Below are positions 19,738 to 29,536 of a stretch of 64,000 nucleotides of DNA, piece after piece (the stretch's first letter is position 1; each line of letters opens with the position of its first letter). The notes below the pieces were generated by a model that saw only the letters and a list, made by a program, of their open reading frames with translations, did not search any database and was not told the DNA's origin. Origin of the DNA: an uncultured delta proteobacterium (GTDB taxonomy: Bacteria; Myxococcota_A; UBA9160; SZUA-336); NCBI GenBank assembly GCA_963704165.1, contig CAVPHD010000001.1:224001-288000 (forward strand). Direction: 5' to 3'. The position numbers and the translations under genes are program-made.

Positions 19738-22107
19738 ATGCCGAATCGCCGCAGCTTCTCGAACGGCACGATCCTGCAGAAAGCCGGTTTCGCTCTGCTG
19801 TGCGCCGTGTTCCTGTGCGGCGTGGCGATCGCGGCGGCGGACAAGTTCGAACGCGTCGGCCAGCCGGACGCGGGCTTCCTGCTGTACGGCGCCTTCGTGT
19901 ATCCGACACGTGCGGACGCCGCCGCTGCGGGCCTGCGCTACGGCGGTCGGCTTCTGGCGCTGAACGGCAGCGAGATCGGTCTCGAGTGGACCTGGAGCGC
20001 GCGGCCACCCGGACTCGTGCGCGAGCTCGGCGGCGTGAACGTGATTCGCATCGAGCGACCCGGCGGAGAGGTTCGCGAGGTCTCGCTTCCGGTTCGCGGG
20101 TGGACGTGGGCGGACGCCCTGTACACACAGGGTGCGATCGACATCATCGGATTCCTGCTCGCGGCGCTCGGCGTCGGCACGTTCCTGTTGCGCCCGTGGG
20201 AGCCCGGGAGCTGGGGATTGCTCGCGATCGCGTGTCTCGCGGGGGGCGTGCTCGAGGCGCTCTACGCTCCCAACGAGGCGGGAGCTCTGCTGCGTCCGAC
20301 CTACATCAGCGCACTGACCGGATTCGTGTACGTGGTCCCGTTTCACGTCGCGCTCGCGTTCCCGCTGATCGTCAGACGCTTCTTCACCCTCTCGAGAGCG
20401 CTGTTCGTGATCTACGCGCTGGGCGCGGCGCTGTCGGCGTTGAGCCTCACCGCCTACTGGATGAAGAACCCCGCGCTGGAGCAGCTGAGCCGCCCGCTCG
20501 GCATGGGAACGTTCCTCGTCGCGATCCTGAGCATGGTCGGGCGCTCGACCTGGCTGGCGTTTCGCGCCCGCGAGCGGCTCGTGCGCCAGCGCGCTCGCAT
20601 CCTCTCGGCCGGCACGGTGCTCGGCTTCGTTCCGCTCGGCGTCGTGCTCTTCCTGCAGATCGGACTCAATTGGCTCTCGATCGACGCGCGGCTCGCATAC
20701 TGGCCGCTCGCCATCTTCTTCCTGGCGCTGGCGCGCATCACGCTGCGCGTGGAGCTATTGAACTCGCGCGTCGCCGTGCGCCGCGCGGTCTTCTACAGCA
20801 CGGCGGTGTTCGGGCTGACGGGCGTCGCGGTGTGGCTCTCGGCGCTGAATCCGTGGGCGGTGGCCCTGCTCCTGCTTCCGGTCCTGTATCTCTGGCCGAG
20901 CTACAGCGCACAGCTCGACGCGCGGCTCTACCCCAAGCGCGCGCGGCTTCCTGAGCTCGTGCGCGCGAGCGGGCGCGAGCTCGCCGCGCGAGCGGACGTC
21001 GATGGCGTGCTCGAGGTGCTCGCGCGGACCGGCGAGCGATTGTCCGACAGCCGAAGCGCGGTGGCGCTGCTCTTCGCCGGGGCGATCGACGATCACGCGC
21101 ACGTGGCGGCGCACGGTATGGAGGTGCCCGAGTCCGCTGCCGTGCTCTCGGACCTCGCCCTCTTCCGAATGCTTCGCGTCACGCGCAAGGAGCTGATTCG
21201 CGCCGCGGTCTTCGTCGAGCCCCAATACGAGAACGTGCGCGCCGAGCTCCTGGCGGAGTTCGATCGGCTCGGCGCCGAGATCACGCTGCCGATGCTCGAC
21301 GAGCGGGAACGTGTGGTCGGCGCGCTCTCGCTCGGACCGCGGGTCGGCGACGAGCCGTACGAGGCCTACGAGCTCGACGTGCTCGGCACGCTCCTGCAGC
21401 AGGCGTACGAATCGATCGAGCGCGCGCAGGCGTTGGCACGGCTCTCCGAGCGCGAGCGCGACTTCGCGGACCTGAAGCGGTTCTTTCCCGCGGCCGTGAT
21501 CGATCAGGTCATGGCACGCGGCGGAGCGCTCGGTCTCGAGCGCAAACGCAAGCCCGTCACCGTGCTCTTCGCGGATCTGCGCGGCTTCACTTCGTTCTCC
21601 GACGCGGTCGAACCCGAGGAGGTCGCGGAGACGCTGAATGCATTTCACGCGGCGATGGGCGAGCACATCTCGCGGTACCAGGGAACACTGGAGCGGTTCA
21701 CGGGCGACGGCTTCATGGTCTTCTTCAACGACCCCGTCGAGCAGTCCGATCACGTCGAGCGCGCGGTGCGGATGGCGCTCGACATGCGCGGTACCCTGGC
21801 AGGGCTGCGCGAGGGCTGGCGGCTGCGCGGCTACGCGATCGACCTCGGCATCGGCCTGCACACCGGCTACGCGACCTGCGGCTTCATCGGCTACGAAGGC
21901 CGCCGGGACTACGGCGTGATCGGAAACGTGACGAACCTGGCGGCGCGACTCTCCGACGCCGCGAAGGGCGGAGAGATCCTGATCACCGCGCGCGTCCGCG
22001 CGGAGCTGCCGCCCTCGATCGTCACGGAGCCGGCCGGTGAGCTCGTCCTGAAGGGCCTCGCCGAGCCTCAGGCAGCCTATCGCGTGACGTCGGTGCTGGT
22101 ATCCTAG
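19738..22107 (+). CDS. Membrane-bound class III adenylate/guanylate cyclase (PDZ-like, multi-TM, GAF-like, cyclase)
   Basis: TVLFADLRGFTSFS, ERFTGDGFMVFF, LGIGLHTG and DYGVIGNVTNLAARL; multiple hydrophobic helices. Confidence 0.9.
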   Translation: MPNRRSFSNGTILQKAGFALLCAVFLCGVAIAAADKFERVGQPDAGFLLYGAFVYPTRADAAAAGLRYGGRLLALNGSEIGLEWTWSARPPGLVRELGGVNVIRIERPGGEVREVSLPVRGWTWADALYTQGAIDIIGFLLAALGVGTFLLRPWEPGSWGLLAIACLAGGVLEALYAPNEAGALLRPTYISALTGFVYVVPFHVALAFPLIVRRFFTLSRALFVIYALGAALSALSLTAYWMKNPALEQLSRPLGMGTFLVAILSMVGRSTWLAFRARERLVRQRARILSAGTVLGFVPLGVVLFLQIGLNWLSIDARLAYWPLAIFFLALARITLRVELLNSRVAVRRAVFYSTAVFGLTGVAVWLSALNPWAVALLLLPVLYLWPSYSAQLDARLYPKRARLPELVRASGRELAARADVDGVLEVLARTGERLSDSRSAVALLFAGAIDDHAHVAAHGMEVPESAAVLSDLALFRMLRVTRKELIRAAVFVEPQYENVRAELLAEFDRLGAEITLPMLDERERVVGALSLGPRVGDEPYEAYELDVLGTLLQQAYESIERAQALARLSERERDFADLKRFFPAAVIDQVMARGGALGLERKRKPVTVLFADLRGFTSFSDAVEPEEVAETLNAFHAAMGEHISRYQGTLERFTGDGFMVFFNDPVEQSDHVERAVRMALDMRGTLAGLREGWRLRGYAIDLGIGLHTGYATCGFIGYEGRRDYGVIGNVTNLAARLSDAAKGGEILITARVRAELPPSIVTEPAGELVLKGLAEPQAAYRVTSVLVS

Positions 22108-22112
22108 GGACC

Positions 22113-23201
22113 GTGTCACGTGCGGCGAAACCTCTACCGGACCATCTACCGATCCTCGATCGGCCGAACGCGCGGCGGGTGCGCGAACCCGTCTACGTCG
22201 AACGCGAGATCCACTCGCCCGTCGATCTCTGCGACGGGCGCGGGCGACTGAACCCCGCCGCGCCGGGATTCGCGCGACAGCCGCTCTTCCGCGCGAATCT
22301 CTCGGGCCACTGGCCGCGGAAGAAGCGCTGGAACTTCTGGAACTGGATCGGCCCGGACTTCGTCTTCTCGGTGACGCTGGCCGACATCGACTTCACCTCG
22401 TTCTGCGCCTTCACGTTGACCGACTTCCGCGACGGCGCGCACTGGGCGGGCTCGTCGTACGGCCGGCCGGGGCGCATCGAGCTCCCGGATCACGTAGAGG
22501 CGAGCGTCGGCTTTGTGCACGCGGGCATCGACTACTCCAACCGCATCGCAGGTGATGATCTCGAGGTCCACTTTCGCGGACGCGCGGGTGAAGGCACCGA
22601 GATCGCGGCCGACTTCGCGGTGCGCAGGCCACCCGGTCACGAGAGTCTCAACGTCGTCGTTCCGTGGAGTGACTCGCGCTTCCAATGCAACTCGAAACAC
22701 TCCGCGCTTCCGTGCGTCGGAGAGGTCCGGGCCGGTGAGCGCCGCTACGCGCTCGATCCGCGCACGGGCTTCGCGGTGCAGGACTGGGGACGCGGGATCT
22801 GGCCGTACCGGTCCTTCTGGAACTGGGGCGTCGCGACCGGATACGCCGGTGACGATCTGCTCGGCGTGAACTTCGGCGCGAAGTGGACCACGGGCACCGG
22901 ATCGAACGAGAACGGGATTCTCTGCAACGGCCGTCTTCACAAGGTCATGGAAGACCTGCGCTGGGAGTACGACCCCGTCGAGTGGCGCAAGCCGTGGCGC
23001 GTCGTCGCGGAGCACTCCGGCGCGATCGACCTGGTGCTCGAGCCCCTCGCGGCGCACACGCCGCGGCTCGACCTCGGCGTGATCGCGACGGGTGGCGTCT
23101 GCGCCTTCGGCCGCTGGCGCGGGCAGGTGCGCGTCGACGGCCGCGAGATCGAAGTCGACGGACTCATCGGCTGGGCCGAGGAGTTCGCGCACCGATGGTA
23201 G
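22113..23201 (+). CDS. DUF2804 domain-containing protein
   Basis: DGRGRLNP, RKKRWNFW, QDWGRGIWPYRSFWNW and GWAEEFAHRW. Confidence 0.85.
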   Translation: MSRAAKPLPDHLPILDRPNARRVREPVYVEREIHSPVDLCDGRGRLNPAAPGFARQPLFRANLSGHWPRKKRWNFWNWIGPDFVFSVTLADIDFTSFCAFTLTDFRDGAHWAGSSYGRPGRIELPDHVEASVGFVHAGIDYSNRIAGDDLEVHFRGRAGEGTEIAADFAVRRPPGHESLNVVVPWSDSRFQCNSKHSALPCVGEVRAGERRYALDPRTGFAVQDWGRGIWPYRSFWNWGVATGYAGDDLLGVNFGAKWTTGTGSNENGILCNGRLHKVMEDLRWEYDPVEWRKPWRVVAEHSGAIDLVLEPLAAHTPRLDLGVIATGGVCAFGRWRGQVRVDGREIEVDGLIGWAEEFAHRW

Positions 23202-23249
23202 TCGGGGCGGGACACGTCCCACGATGCGTGCGCACCGAAGGAGACGAGC

Positions 23250-23546
23250 GTGATTCCCGCGGATGAGACCTTCGATGGCAGCTGGCCGTTCCGCCCGCGC
23301 TTCTACGAGGGCAATGGGTTTCGCATGCACTACGTCGAGGAGGGCGAGGGCGACCCGATCGTGTGTCTGCACGGCGAGGCCGACCGCGCGATCCCGACCG
23401 AGGTGGCCGTGGGCATGTTCCGCTCGACCTGGCCCAAGGGTCCGGTGGTGACGCTTCCCGGTGTCGGGCACTTCATCCAGGAAGACGCCCCCGAAGCCGC
23501 CTGTGCTCTGATCGAGCAGTTCATCCAGATGACGGGGTCGCCGTAG
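23250..23546 (+). pseudogene. Haloalkane-dehalogenase-like alpha/beta hydrolase with a large in-frame internal deletion
   Basis: N-terminus RMHYVEEGEGDPIVCLHGE joined directly to C-terminus DRAI...LPGVGHFIQEDAP; nucleophile region absent; only 98 aa. Confidence 0.75.
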
Positions 23547-23576
23547 TCCCGACCGAGTTCCCTGGAGGGTTCGCGA

Positions 23577-24266
23577 ATGAGCCGGGGCGATGGCACGCCG
23601 ACGATCTCGATCGTGATCCCCGCGCGTCCGCACGAGTCCGTCGAGCTGACCACGAGATCGCTCACGCGACAGACCCATCAGGACTTCGAAGTGATCCTGA
23701 TCGTGGACTCGCAGAGGCGCGGCGCGCCGTGGGCGAGGAACCGCGGTGCGGAGCTCGCCCGGGGCGACTACGTGCTCTTCTCCGATTGCGACCTCGATTG
23801 GGCGCCGGACGCGCTCGAGTGCATGCTGCGAACGCTCGAGAGGGAGCGCGCGGCCCCCGCCGACGAGAACGGGTTCCGCGTCGGCTACGCCTACCCGGCC
23901 TACCTCGAGACCCGCGTCCCCCGACGCTGGCGAAGGCTGAAATCACGAACGCGCGGCCCGATCGGGGACGTGGCGTGGGACTGGCATCGACTCCAGCGCG
24001 GGAACTTCATCCACACCAGCAGCCTGGTCGCGCGCGAGCACGTGATCGACTTCGATCCCGAGCTCGAACGTCTTCAGGACTGGGACCTGTGGCTACGGCT
24101 CGCGATCGAGCGGCGCGTGAAGGGCGTCGCGACCCACCGGGTTCTGTTCACGACTCCACATCGGGCCGGCATCACCCACGGCGGCGCGGACTCGTACGCA
24201 GCTGCGAAGGCGAGGGTCCAGAGCAAGCACGGACTCGAGCCCGCGCCGAGGAGCCCGAAGCCTTGA
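23577..24266 (+). CDS. Glycosyltransferase family 2
   Basis: ISIVIP, ARNRGAELARGDYVLFSDCD (DxD) and LQDWDLWLR. Confidence 0.88.
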   Translation: MSRGDGTPTISIVIPARPHESVELTTRSLTRQTHQDFEVILIVDSQRRGAPWARNRGAELARGDYVLFSDCDLDWAPDALECMLRTLERERAAPADENGFRVGYAYPAYLETRVPRRWRRLKSRTRGPIGDVAWDWHRLQRGNFIHTSSLVAREHVIDFDPELERLQDWDLWLRLAIERRVKGVATHRVLFTTPHRAGITHGGADSYAAAKARVQSKHGLEPAPRSPKP

Positions 24267-25303
24267 ACACGACCGAATCGACGGTCGATGCGGTGGTGCC
24301 CGTGCACAACGCGCCGGCGCTCGTACGGCGCTGCATCGAGTCGGTCCTGGCGCGGATCGGCGACCGGCTCGGCGAGCTCGTCGTGGTCGACGACGCATCC
24401 GACGCGCCCACCGTCGAGCTGCTCGCTTCGCTCGATCATCCGAAGCTGCGCATCGTGCGCTCGGATCGGAACCTCGGGTACGGGGGCGCGGTGAATCTCG
24501 GAGTCGCGAGCTGCTCCGCGAAGCTCGTGCTCCAGCTGAACTCCGACGTCGAAGCGAAGGACGACTTCCTCTCGCCGATGCTGCGCGCGCTCGACGCCGA
24601 TCCTCGGCTCGCGGCGCTGAATCCCGGTGGCAACAGCTACCAACGCTACGACCTCGCGCGCTACGCGAAGCGCGTCGGGTGCGTCGTGTCGAATCACCTC
24701 GCGGGCTATGCGTTCTTGATCCGGCGGAACGTCTTCGAAGCCCTCGGGGGCTTCGACCCCGCGTACGGACTCGGTTACTTCGAGGACAGCGACCTCACAC
24801 GTCGGATCCTGCGCTCGGGTCACTGGGTCGGCGTGCATCCGGGAGCCAGCCTCCACCACGAGAACCACGGCTCGTTCTCGTTGCGCAGCGAGCGGCTCGC
24901 CCTGCTCGAAGCGAATCGCGTTCGCTATCACGAGCGCTGGCCCGAGGCCCGCCGTCAGATCCTGCTGGCGAGCCGCGCCTCGACCCCCGACGAGCTTCCG
25001 CCCGATCTCGTCGAGAAAGCATGGGGTGTGATCGAAGCTGGCGGGACCATCTGGTGGGTGAGTCCCGATACACCGCGCGATCTCCTCGCGCTCGGGATGC
25101 GTGGTGATCGCATGGGCCTCGCGCGCGGCGCGCGGCGGATGCGCGCTCAGCGTCGTGATCCGTGGAAGCGCGTGACCGAGCTCTGGCTCATCGACGATTC
25201 GCCGCGCCTCCCGGCGGCCCTGCTGCGCAGGGTGGCCCTCGCGCTCGACATCCTGCCCGAAAGCTGGCCCGCGGTATTCGACCGGGCGCGGATTTCGACC
25301 TAG
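24263..25303 (+). CDS. Glycosyltransferase family 2
   Basis: VVPVHN, VVVDDAS, NLGYGGAVNLG, LNSD and GGFDPAYGLGYFEDSDL; TTG start overlapping the upstream stop. Confidence 0.88.
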   Translation: MNTTESTVDAVVPVHNAPALVRRCIESVLARIGDRLGELVVVDDASDAPTVELLASLDHPKLRIVRSDRNLGYGGAVNLGVASCSAKLVLQLNSDVEAKDDFLSPMLRALDADPRLAALNPGGNSYQRYDLARYAKRVGCVVSNHLAGYAFLIRRNVFEALGGFDPAYGLGYFEDSDLTRRILRSGHWVGVHPGASLHHENHGSFSLRSERLALLEANRVRYHERWPEARRQILLASRASTPDELPPDLVEKAWGVIEAGGTIWWVSPDTPRDLLALGMRGDRMGLARGARRMRAQRRDPWKRVTELWLIDDSPRLPAALLRRVALALDILPESWPAVFDRARIST

Positions 25304-25313
25304 AGTCGGCCCC

Positions 25314-26102
25314 ATGAATCCACGACTGGTCGGAATCGCGGTCATCGGTCTGCTCGCCGCCATGGCGATGCTCGGTTGTTTCTACGTGGTTCAGCCGGGT
25401 GAACGCGGCGTGCATGTCACGCTCGGCACCATGTCGGATCAGTTCGTCGCGCCCGGATTCGGCGTGAAGCTGCCGATGGTCACGCAGATCTGGCGGGTCA
25501 ACGTCCAACAGGACACGCGCCAGATGGTTTCGGAGTGCTTCTCGTCCGACCTCCAGCAGATCTCGATCGAGCTGAAGGTGCTGTACCGGATTCCCGAGAC
25601 ATCGGTGGTCTCGGTGTTGCGCGACTACGCGGGACATCCCTTCGAGAAGCTGATCCTGCCGCGCGTGCAAGAGGCGACCAAGGAAGCCACGGCTCTTCGC
25701 ACCGCGGCGGACATCGTGAAATCGCGCGAGCAGGTGAAAGTCGCCGCGTTGAAGGCGTCGCGAGAGAAGATCGGAACCCTCTTGATCATCGAGGATCTCG
25801 TGATCGAGGACGTCAAGCTCTCGCGCGAGCTCGAGCAGGCGATCGAGGCCAAGATGGTGCAGCAGCAGGAAGCCGAGAAGGCGATCTTCAAGATGCAGCA
25901 GGCCAAGACCGACGCCGAAACCCTGATCATCAAGGCCACGGCCGACGCGGAGTCGATCCGGATCCAGGGCGAGGCGCTCGAGAAGGCCCCGAAGCTCGTC
26001 GAGCTGAAGATGGTCGAGAAGTGGAACGGCGTGTCGCCGCAGGTGGTCGGCGCGGGCTCGAACATCATGCTCCCGCTCGCGGCGACCTCCAGCTCGCGCT
26101 GA
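25314..26102 (+). CDS. Prohibitin/SPFH (band 7) family protein
   Basis: N-terminal TM; VVQPGERGV, SSDLQQI, AIEAKMVQQQEAEKA and VEKWNG. Confidence 0.9.
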   Translation: MNPRLVGIAVIGLLAAMAMLGCFYVVQPGERGVHVTLGTMSDQFVAPGFGVKLPMVTQIWRVNVQQDTRQMVSECFSSDLQQISIELKVLYRIPETSVVSVLRDYAGHPFEKLILPRVQEATKEATALRTAADIVKSREQVKVAALKASREKIGTLLIIEDLVIEDVKLSRELEQAIEAKMVQQQEAEKAIFKMQQAKTDAETLIIKATADAESIRIQGEALEKAPKLVELKMVEKWNGVSPQVVGAGSNIMLPLAATSSSR

Positions 26103-26143
26103 TCGGCGACGCCGTCGTCCCGTCGCGGGCTCCGCCCAAAGAC

Positions 26144-27065
26144 CTAGAAGAGCGCGATCGGATTCACGGGCGAGGCCGTGCCGCGGAAGCAGGACGAGGG
26201 GCGCGATCGTCAGCAGGAACTCCCAGCGCGCCTCGGCTTCGCACGCCTTTGCGAGAAGCTCGAGCTCGAGGTTGTCGATCAGGTGCAGGCCGAGCGCGAC
26301 GATCGCGACCGTGTGGATCGGCATCGACACACCGTCGACACGCGAGGGCAGGACGTCCGAAACGCCGTCGCAACCCAGCGCCGCGACTCCGCGCGCGTGC
26401 AGCCATGGCAGACACGACGCGTCGAGACCCGCGAGCACGAGACGCGGATCCCACGGACCCCGCGCCTCGCGCAGCGCCCACCGACCCGTGCGCACGAACA
26501 GGATGTCGCCGGATTCGACGCGAAGGCCGGCGTCCTGCTCGGCGCGCTCGAGATCGTCGGGAAAGATCGGCTCGCCATTCTCCAGGAACGGAACGCCGCG
26601 CGCGCGCGGCACGTCGAGCAGAACACCGCGCGAGACGACACCGTCGCGAAGCTCGTGAATGCCGAGTTCGAGCGCCCCGTGCGCCGTCACGTTCTCGATC
26701 GCGTAGCCGTTGTACAGCTTGCCCTCGTGGAAGATGTGGCAGAGCGCGTCGATGTGAGAGGTGGCGAATCCGTGGGACGCGATCGCGAAGTAGTCGCCGC
26801 CCCATCCTTCCGTCGCGGTCCCGGTCATGTGGTGAGCGACCGGGTTCGGATTCTCGAGGCTCGGCTGCGTCGGCAGTGCCCGCGACGCCGACACGACACG
26901 ACCGCTGCGCACCAGCCGCGCCGCCGCCGCGCGTTTCTCGGGCGTGATCAGATTCAGGGTGCCGAGCTGATCCCGTTCCCCGAAGCGCCCCCAGTTCGAG
27001 AGTGTCTTGTGGAAGGCGAGCACCTGCTCGGCGGAGAGCGGCGTCGGATTCGCGCGCGAGGTCAT
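26144..27065 (-). CDS. Cyclase family (kynurenine formamidase-like) metal hydrolase; apparent frameshift near 26190
   Basis: SNWGRFGERDQLGTLNLIT, HGFATSHIDALCH and GDILFVRTG; C-terminus RGTASPVNPIALF* is in a shifted frame. Confidence 0.85.
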
Positions 27066-27463
27066 CCTGCTCCTCCTTCCACGACGAGACCCACTTCCTG
27101 GCCGAAGGAGAGCTCGAGCGTGTGACCGTCCGGGTCCCTGATGAACGCCCAGTATCCGACCGGCGGGCCGGCATCGTACGGACCGTCGACCAGACATCCG
27201 TCCTTGTCGGCGAGCGCGGCCAGACGATCGACCTCTTCCCGGCTCGCGCAGCCGACACCCAGATGCGCGATCGGCCGAAGCGGATTCTGCACGGCGGCGA
27301 CCTCCACGAGCACGATCACGAAGGGCCGGGTCTTGTCCGAGAGCCACACGACGCCCTTTCGACTGTGCACGACCTGCATTCGCGCATAGCGCGACCAGAA
27401 CGCCACGCTCGCGTCGAGATCCGACGCGGACAGGGCGACGTGAGTGAGACCGACATCGTGCAT
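27062..27463 (-). CDS. VOC/glyoxalase family protein
   Basis: LTHVAL, AHLGVGC and IRDPDGHTLELS. Confidence 0.88.
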   Translation of the reverse strand: MHDVGLTHVALSASDLDASVAFWSRYARMQVVHSRKGVVWLSDKTRPFVIVLVEVAAVQNPLRPIAHLGVGCASREEVDRLAALADKDGCLVDGPYDAGPPVGYWAFIRDPDGHTLELSFGQEVGLVVEGGAG

Positions 27464-27594
27464 CTGGTCATTCTGCGCGCGATCTGCGCGCCCGGCAACG
27501 AGCTCTTGACCCGACGGCATCGTCCGCAGAGACTGCGACCGGTCATGGCCTGGTTTCGAAATCGCGGACGCAACTCTTCGAGCGACGATCCGAC

Positions 27595-28923
27595 TTGGCG
27601 GGCGACGAGCGCATCGTGATCGCCGTGCTCGAGGGGACCGACACCGGCACGAGCCTGTCCATCTCGGCCGCCGAGTACGAGATCGGCCGCGGCGCCGAGA
27701 CCTCCGTGGCCGACGGCAGGATCAACCTGCGCGACCGCTCCGTCTCGACCCACCAGGCGCGACTCGAGCGCGGGCGGGACGGTTGGTTGCTCGAGCACAA
27801 CTCCGCGGCCACGAACCCGACACTCGTCAATGGCGAGCCCATCCGGCGCAAGCCGATCGCGGCCGGCGACCGGCTTCGCATGGGCCGGGTCATGCTCGAG
27901 GTTCGCTCCGGCACGCTGGAGTCGATCCCGGCCCCCCGGCCTCGCGCGCGGGAGGAGCACACCGAGGTCATTCGCATCGACTCGGTCACGACCACACGGC
28001 ACGGAGCGGGTCACGGAATCTGGGGCCACCTCGTGGTCGTGACGGGCCCCGGAAAGCTCGCGGGAACGCGGCTTCCGCTGCTCGGCGACTCGCTGACGCT
28101 CGGCCGCGCGCAGGACTGCGATCTCGTCCTGCTCGACCCGGGCGTCTCGCGCCAACACGCCGAGCTCGTACGCGAAGGCGATCGGACCGTGCTCGTCCAT
28201 CGCTCCACGACCAACCCGACGCTGCGCAACGGTGCCGCGGTGACCACGCGCACCGTGCTCGAGGACGGCGACGAGATCGGACTCGCGGATGCCGTGCGGA
28301 TGCGCCTCGAGCTCATGGTCGCGCCCGCGACCGCGGTGGGTGGATTGCGCAAGGTGATGGAGGCGCGCGTCGATCTCGAGCGACAGATCGAGCGCGACTT
28401 CGTGCGCGACGGCACGTTCCTCGACGTGGACATCGCCGATTCCTACGGCCTGAAGGCGAGCGAAACGCGCGCCGAGCGCGTCTTCGTCTCGTTCGAGCGC
28501 TTCCGCGGCTACCTCGGCGATCGCATCGGCGAGCACCGCGGGCGCGTGCTCAACTCGAACGGGGACGAGATCATGGCGTTCTTCGATCGCGCGTCCGACG
28601 CGGTCTCGTGCGCGCGCGCGCTGCTCCTCGGTCTGCGCGACTGGAACGCGCGGGAGAACCTGCTCGAACGCGAGTTTCGCGTTCGCATCGGCGTTCACAC
28701 GGGGCGCTCCGCGGTCGATCTCGCGAGCGGTGTCGCCTACAGCCCGGTTCTCGACGTCGCCGGACATCTGCAGAAGAACGCGCCCGTCGGGGGCGTGTTG
28801 ATCTCCGCGACCACGCAGGCCGAGCTCGGAAGCGAAGCGGCGGATCTCGAACCCGGAACGAAGCTCGCGCGCGAGAACATGACGACGTGGGTGCTCACGC
28901 CCGAGCGCCTCGCGCGGATCTGA
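27595..28923 (+). CDS. Tandem FHA-domain protein fused to a divergent class III nucleotide cyclase domain
   Basis: Two FHA repeats (IGR...VS.H..NPT; LGR..CD...VSRQHA..NPT), then VDIADS, NGDEIMAFF and RVRIGVHTG; true start may be ATG 27545 with a frameshift near 27594. Confidence 0.85.
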   Translation: MAGDERIVIAVLEGTDTGTSLSISAAEYEIGRGAETSVADGRINLRDRSVSTHQARLERGRDGWLLEHNSAATNPTLVNGEPIRRKPIAAGDRLRMGRVMLEVRSGTLESIPAPRPRAREEHTEVIRIDSVTTTRHGAGHGIWGHLVVVTGPGKLAGTRLPLLGDSLTLGRAQDCDLVLLDPGVSRQHAELVREGDRTVLVHRSTTNPTLRNGAAVTTRTVLEDGDEIGLADAVRMRLELMVAPATAVGGLRKVMEARVDLERQIERDFVRDGTFLDVDIADSYGLKASETRAERVFVSFERFRGYLGDRIGEHRGRVLNSNGDEIMAFFDRASDAVSCARALLLGLRDWNARENLLEREFRVRIGVHTGRSAVDLASGVAYSPVLDVAGHLQKNAPVGGVLISATTQAELGSEAADLEPGTKLARENMTTWVLTPERLARI

Positions 28924-28936
28924 GGAGAAGGTGCAC

Positions 28937-29536
28937 ATGCGACTCTACGACTTCCTCGAATCCGGGAACGGCTACAAGGTCCGGCTTCTGCTGACGCAGC
29001 TCGGTGTCCCCTTCGAGCGGATCGAGCTCGACATCCTGAAGGGAGAGACGCGCACCGCCGAGTTCCTGCGCCGGAATCCCAACGGCCGGATTCCCTGCCT
29101 CGAGCTCGAGGACGGCACGCATCTCTGGGAGTCGAACGCGATCCAGTTCTACCTGGCCGAGGGCAACCGACTTCCTGCCGGCGGGCCGGCTCGAGCGCGC
29201 GCAGGTGCTGCAGTGGATGTTCTTCGAGCAGTACAGCCACGAGCCGTACATCGCGGTCGTGCGCTTCTGGCACCACGCGGGCGTGATCGAGTCGAAGCGC
29301 GACCAGCTCGCCGAGAAGATGGAGCGCGGCTACGCGGCGCTCGCGGTGATGGAGACGCACCTGCGCGAGCGGACGTTCTTCGTCGCCGAGCGCTACTCGA
29401 TCGCCGACATCGCGCTCTACGCCTACACGCACGTGGCGCACGAGGGCGGCTTCGATCTCGCGCGCTTTCCGTCGGTCGGCGCCTGGCTCGCGCGCGTTCG
29501 CGCGCAGCCCGCCACGTGCCGATCACGAAGGCTTGA
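28937..29536 (+). CDS. Glutathione S-transferase family protein (two apparent frameshifts, near 29166 and 29511)
   Basis: SGNGYKVRL, NPNGRIP and ESNAI in one frame; QWMFFEQYSHEP and SIADIALYAYTHVA in the next. Confidence 0.85.
   Translation: MRLYDFLESGNGYKVRLLLTQLGVPFERIELDILKGETRTAEFLRRNPNGRIPCLELEDGTHLWESNAIQFYLAEGNRLPAGGPARARAGAAVDVLRAVQPRAVHRGRALLAPRGRDRVEARPARREDGARLRGARGDGDAPARADVLRRRALLDRRHRALRLHARGARGRLRSRALSVGRRLARARSRAARHVPITKA

Noticed and set aside
27595..28923. Divergent cyclase as a Pycsar anti-phage system
   Set aside because: No adjacent cyclic-nucleotide-binding TM or TIR effector; neighbours are GST and VOC genes
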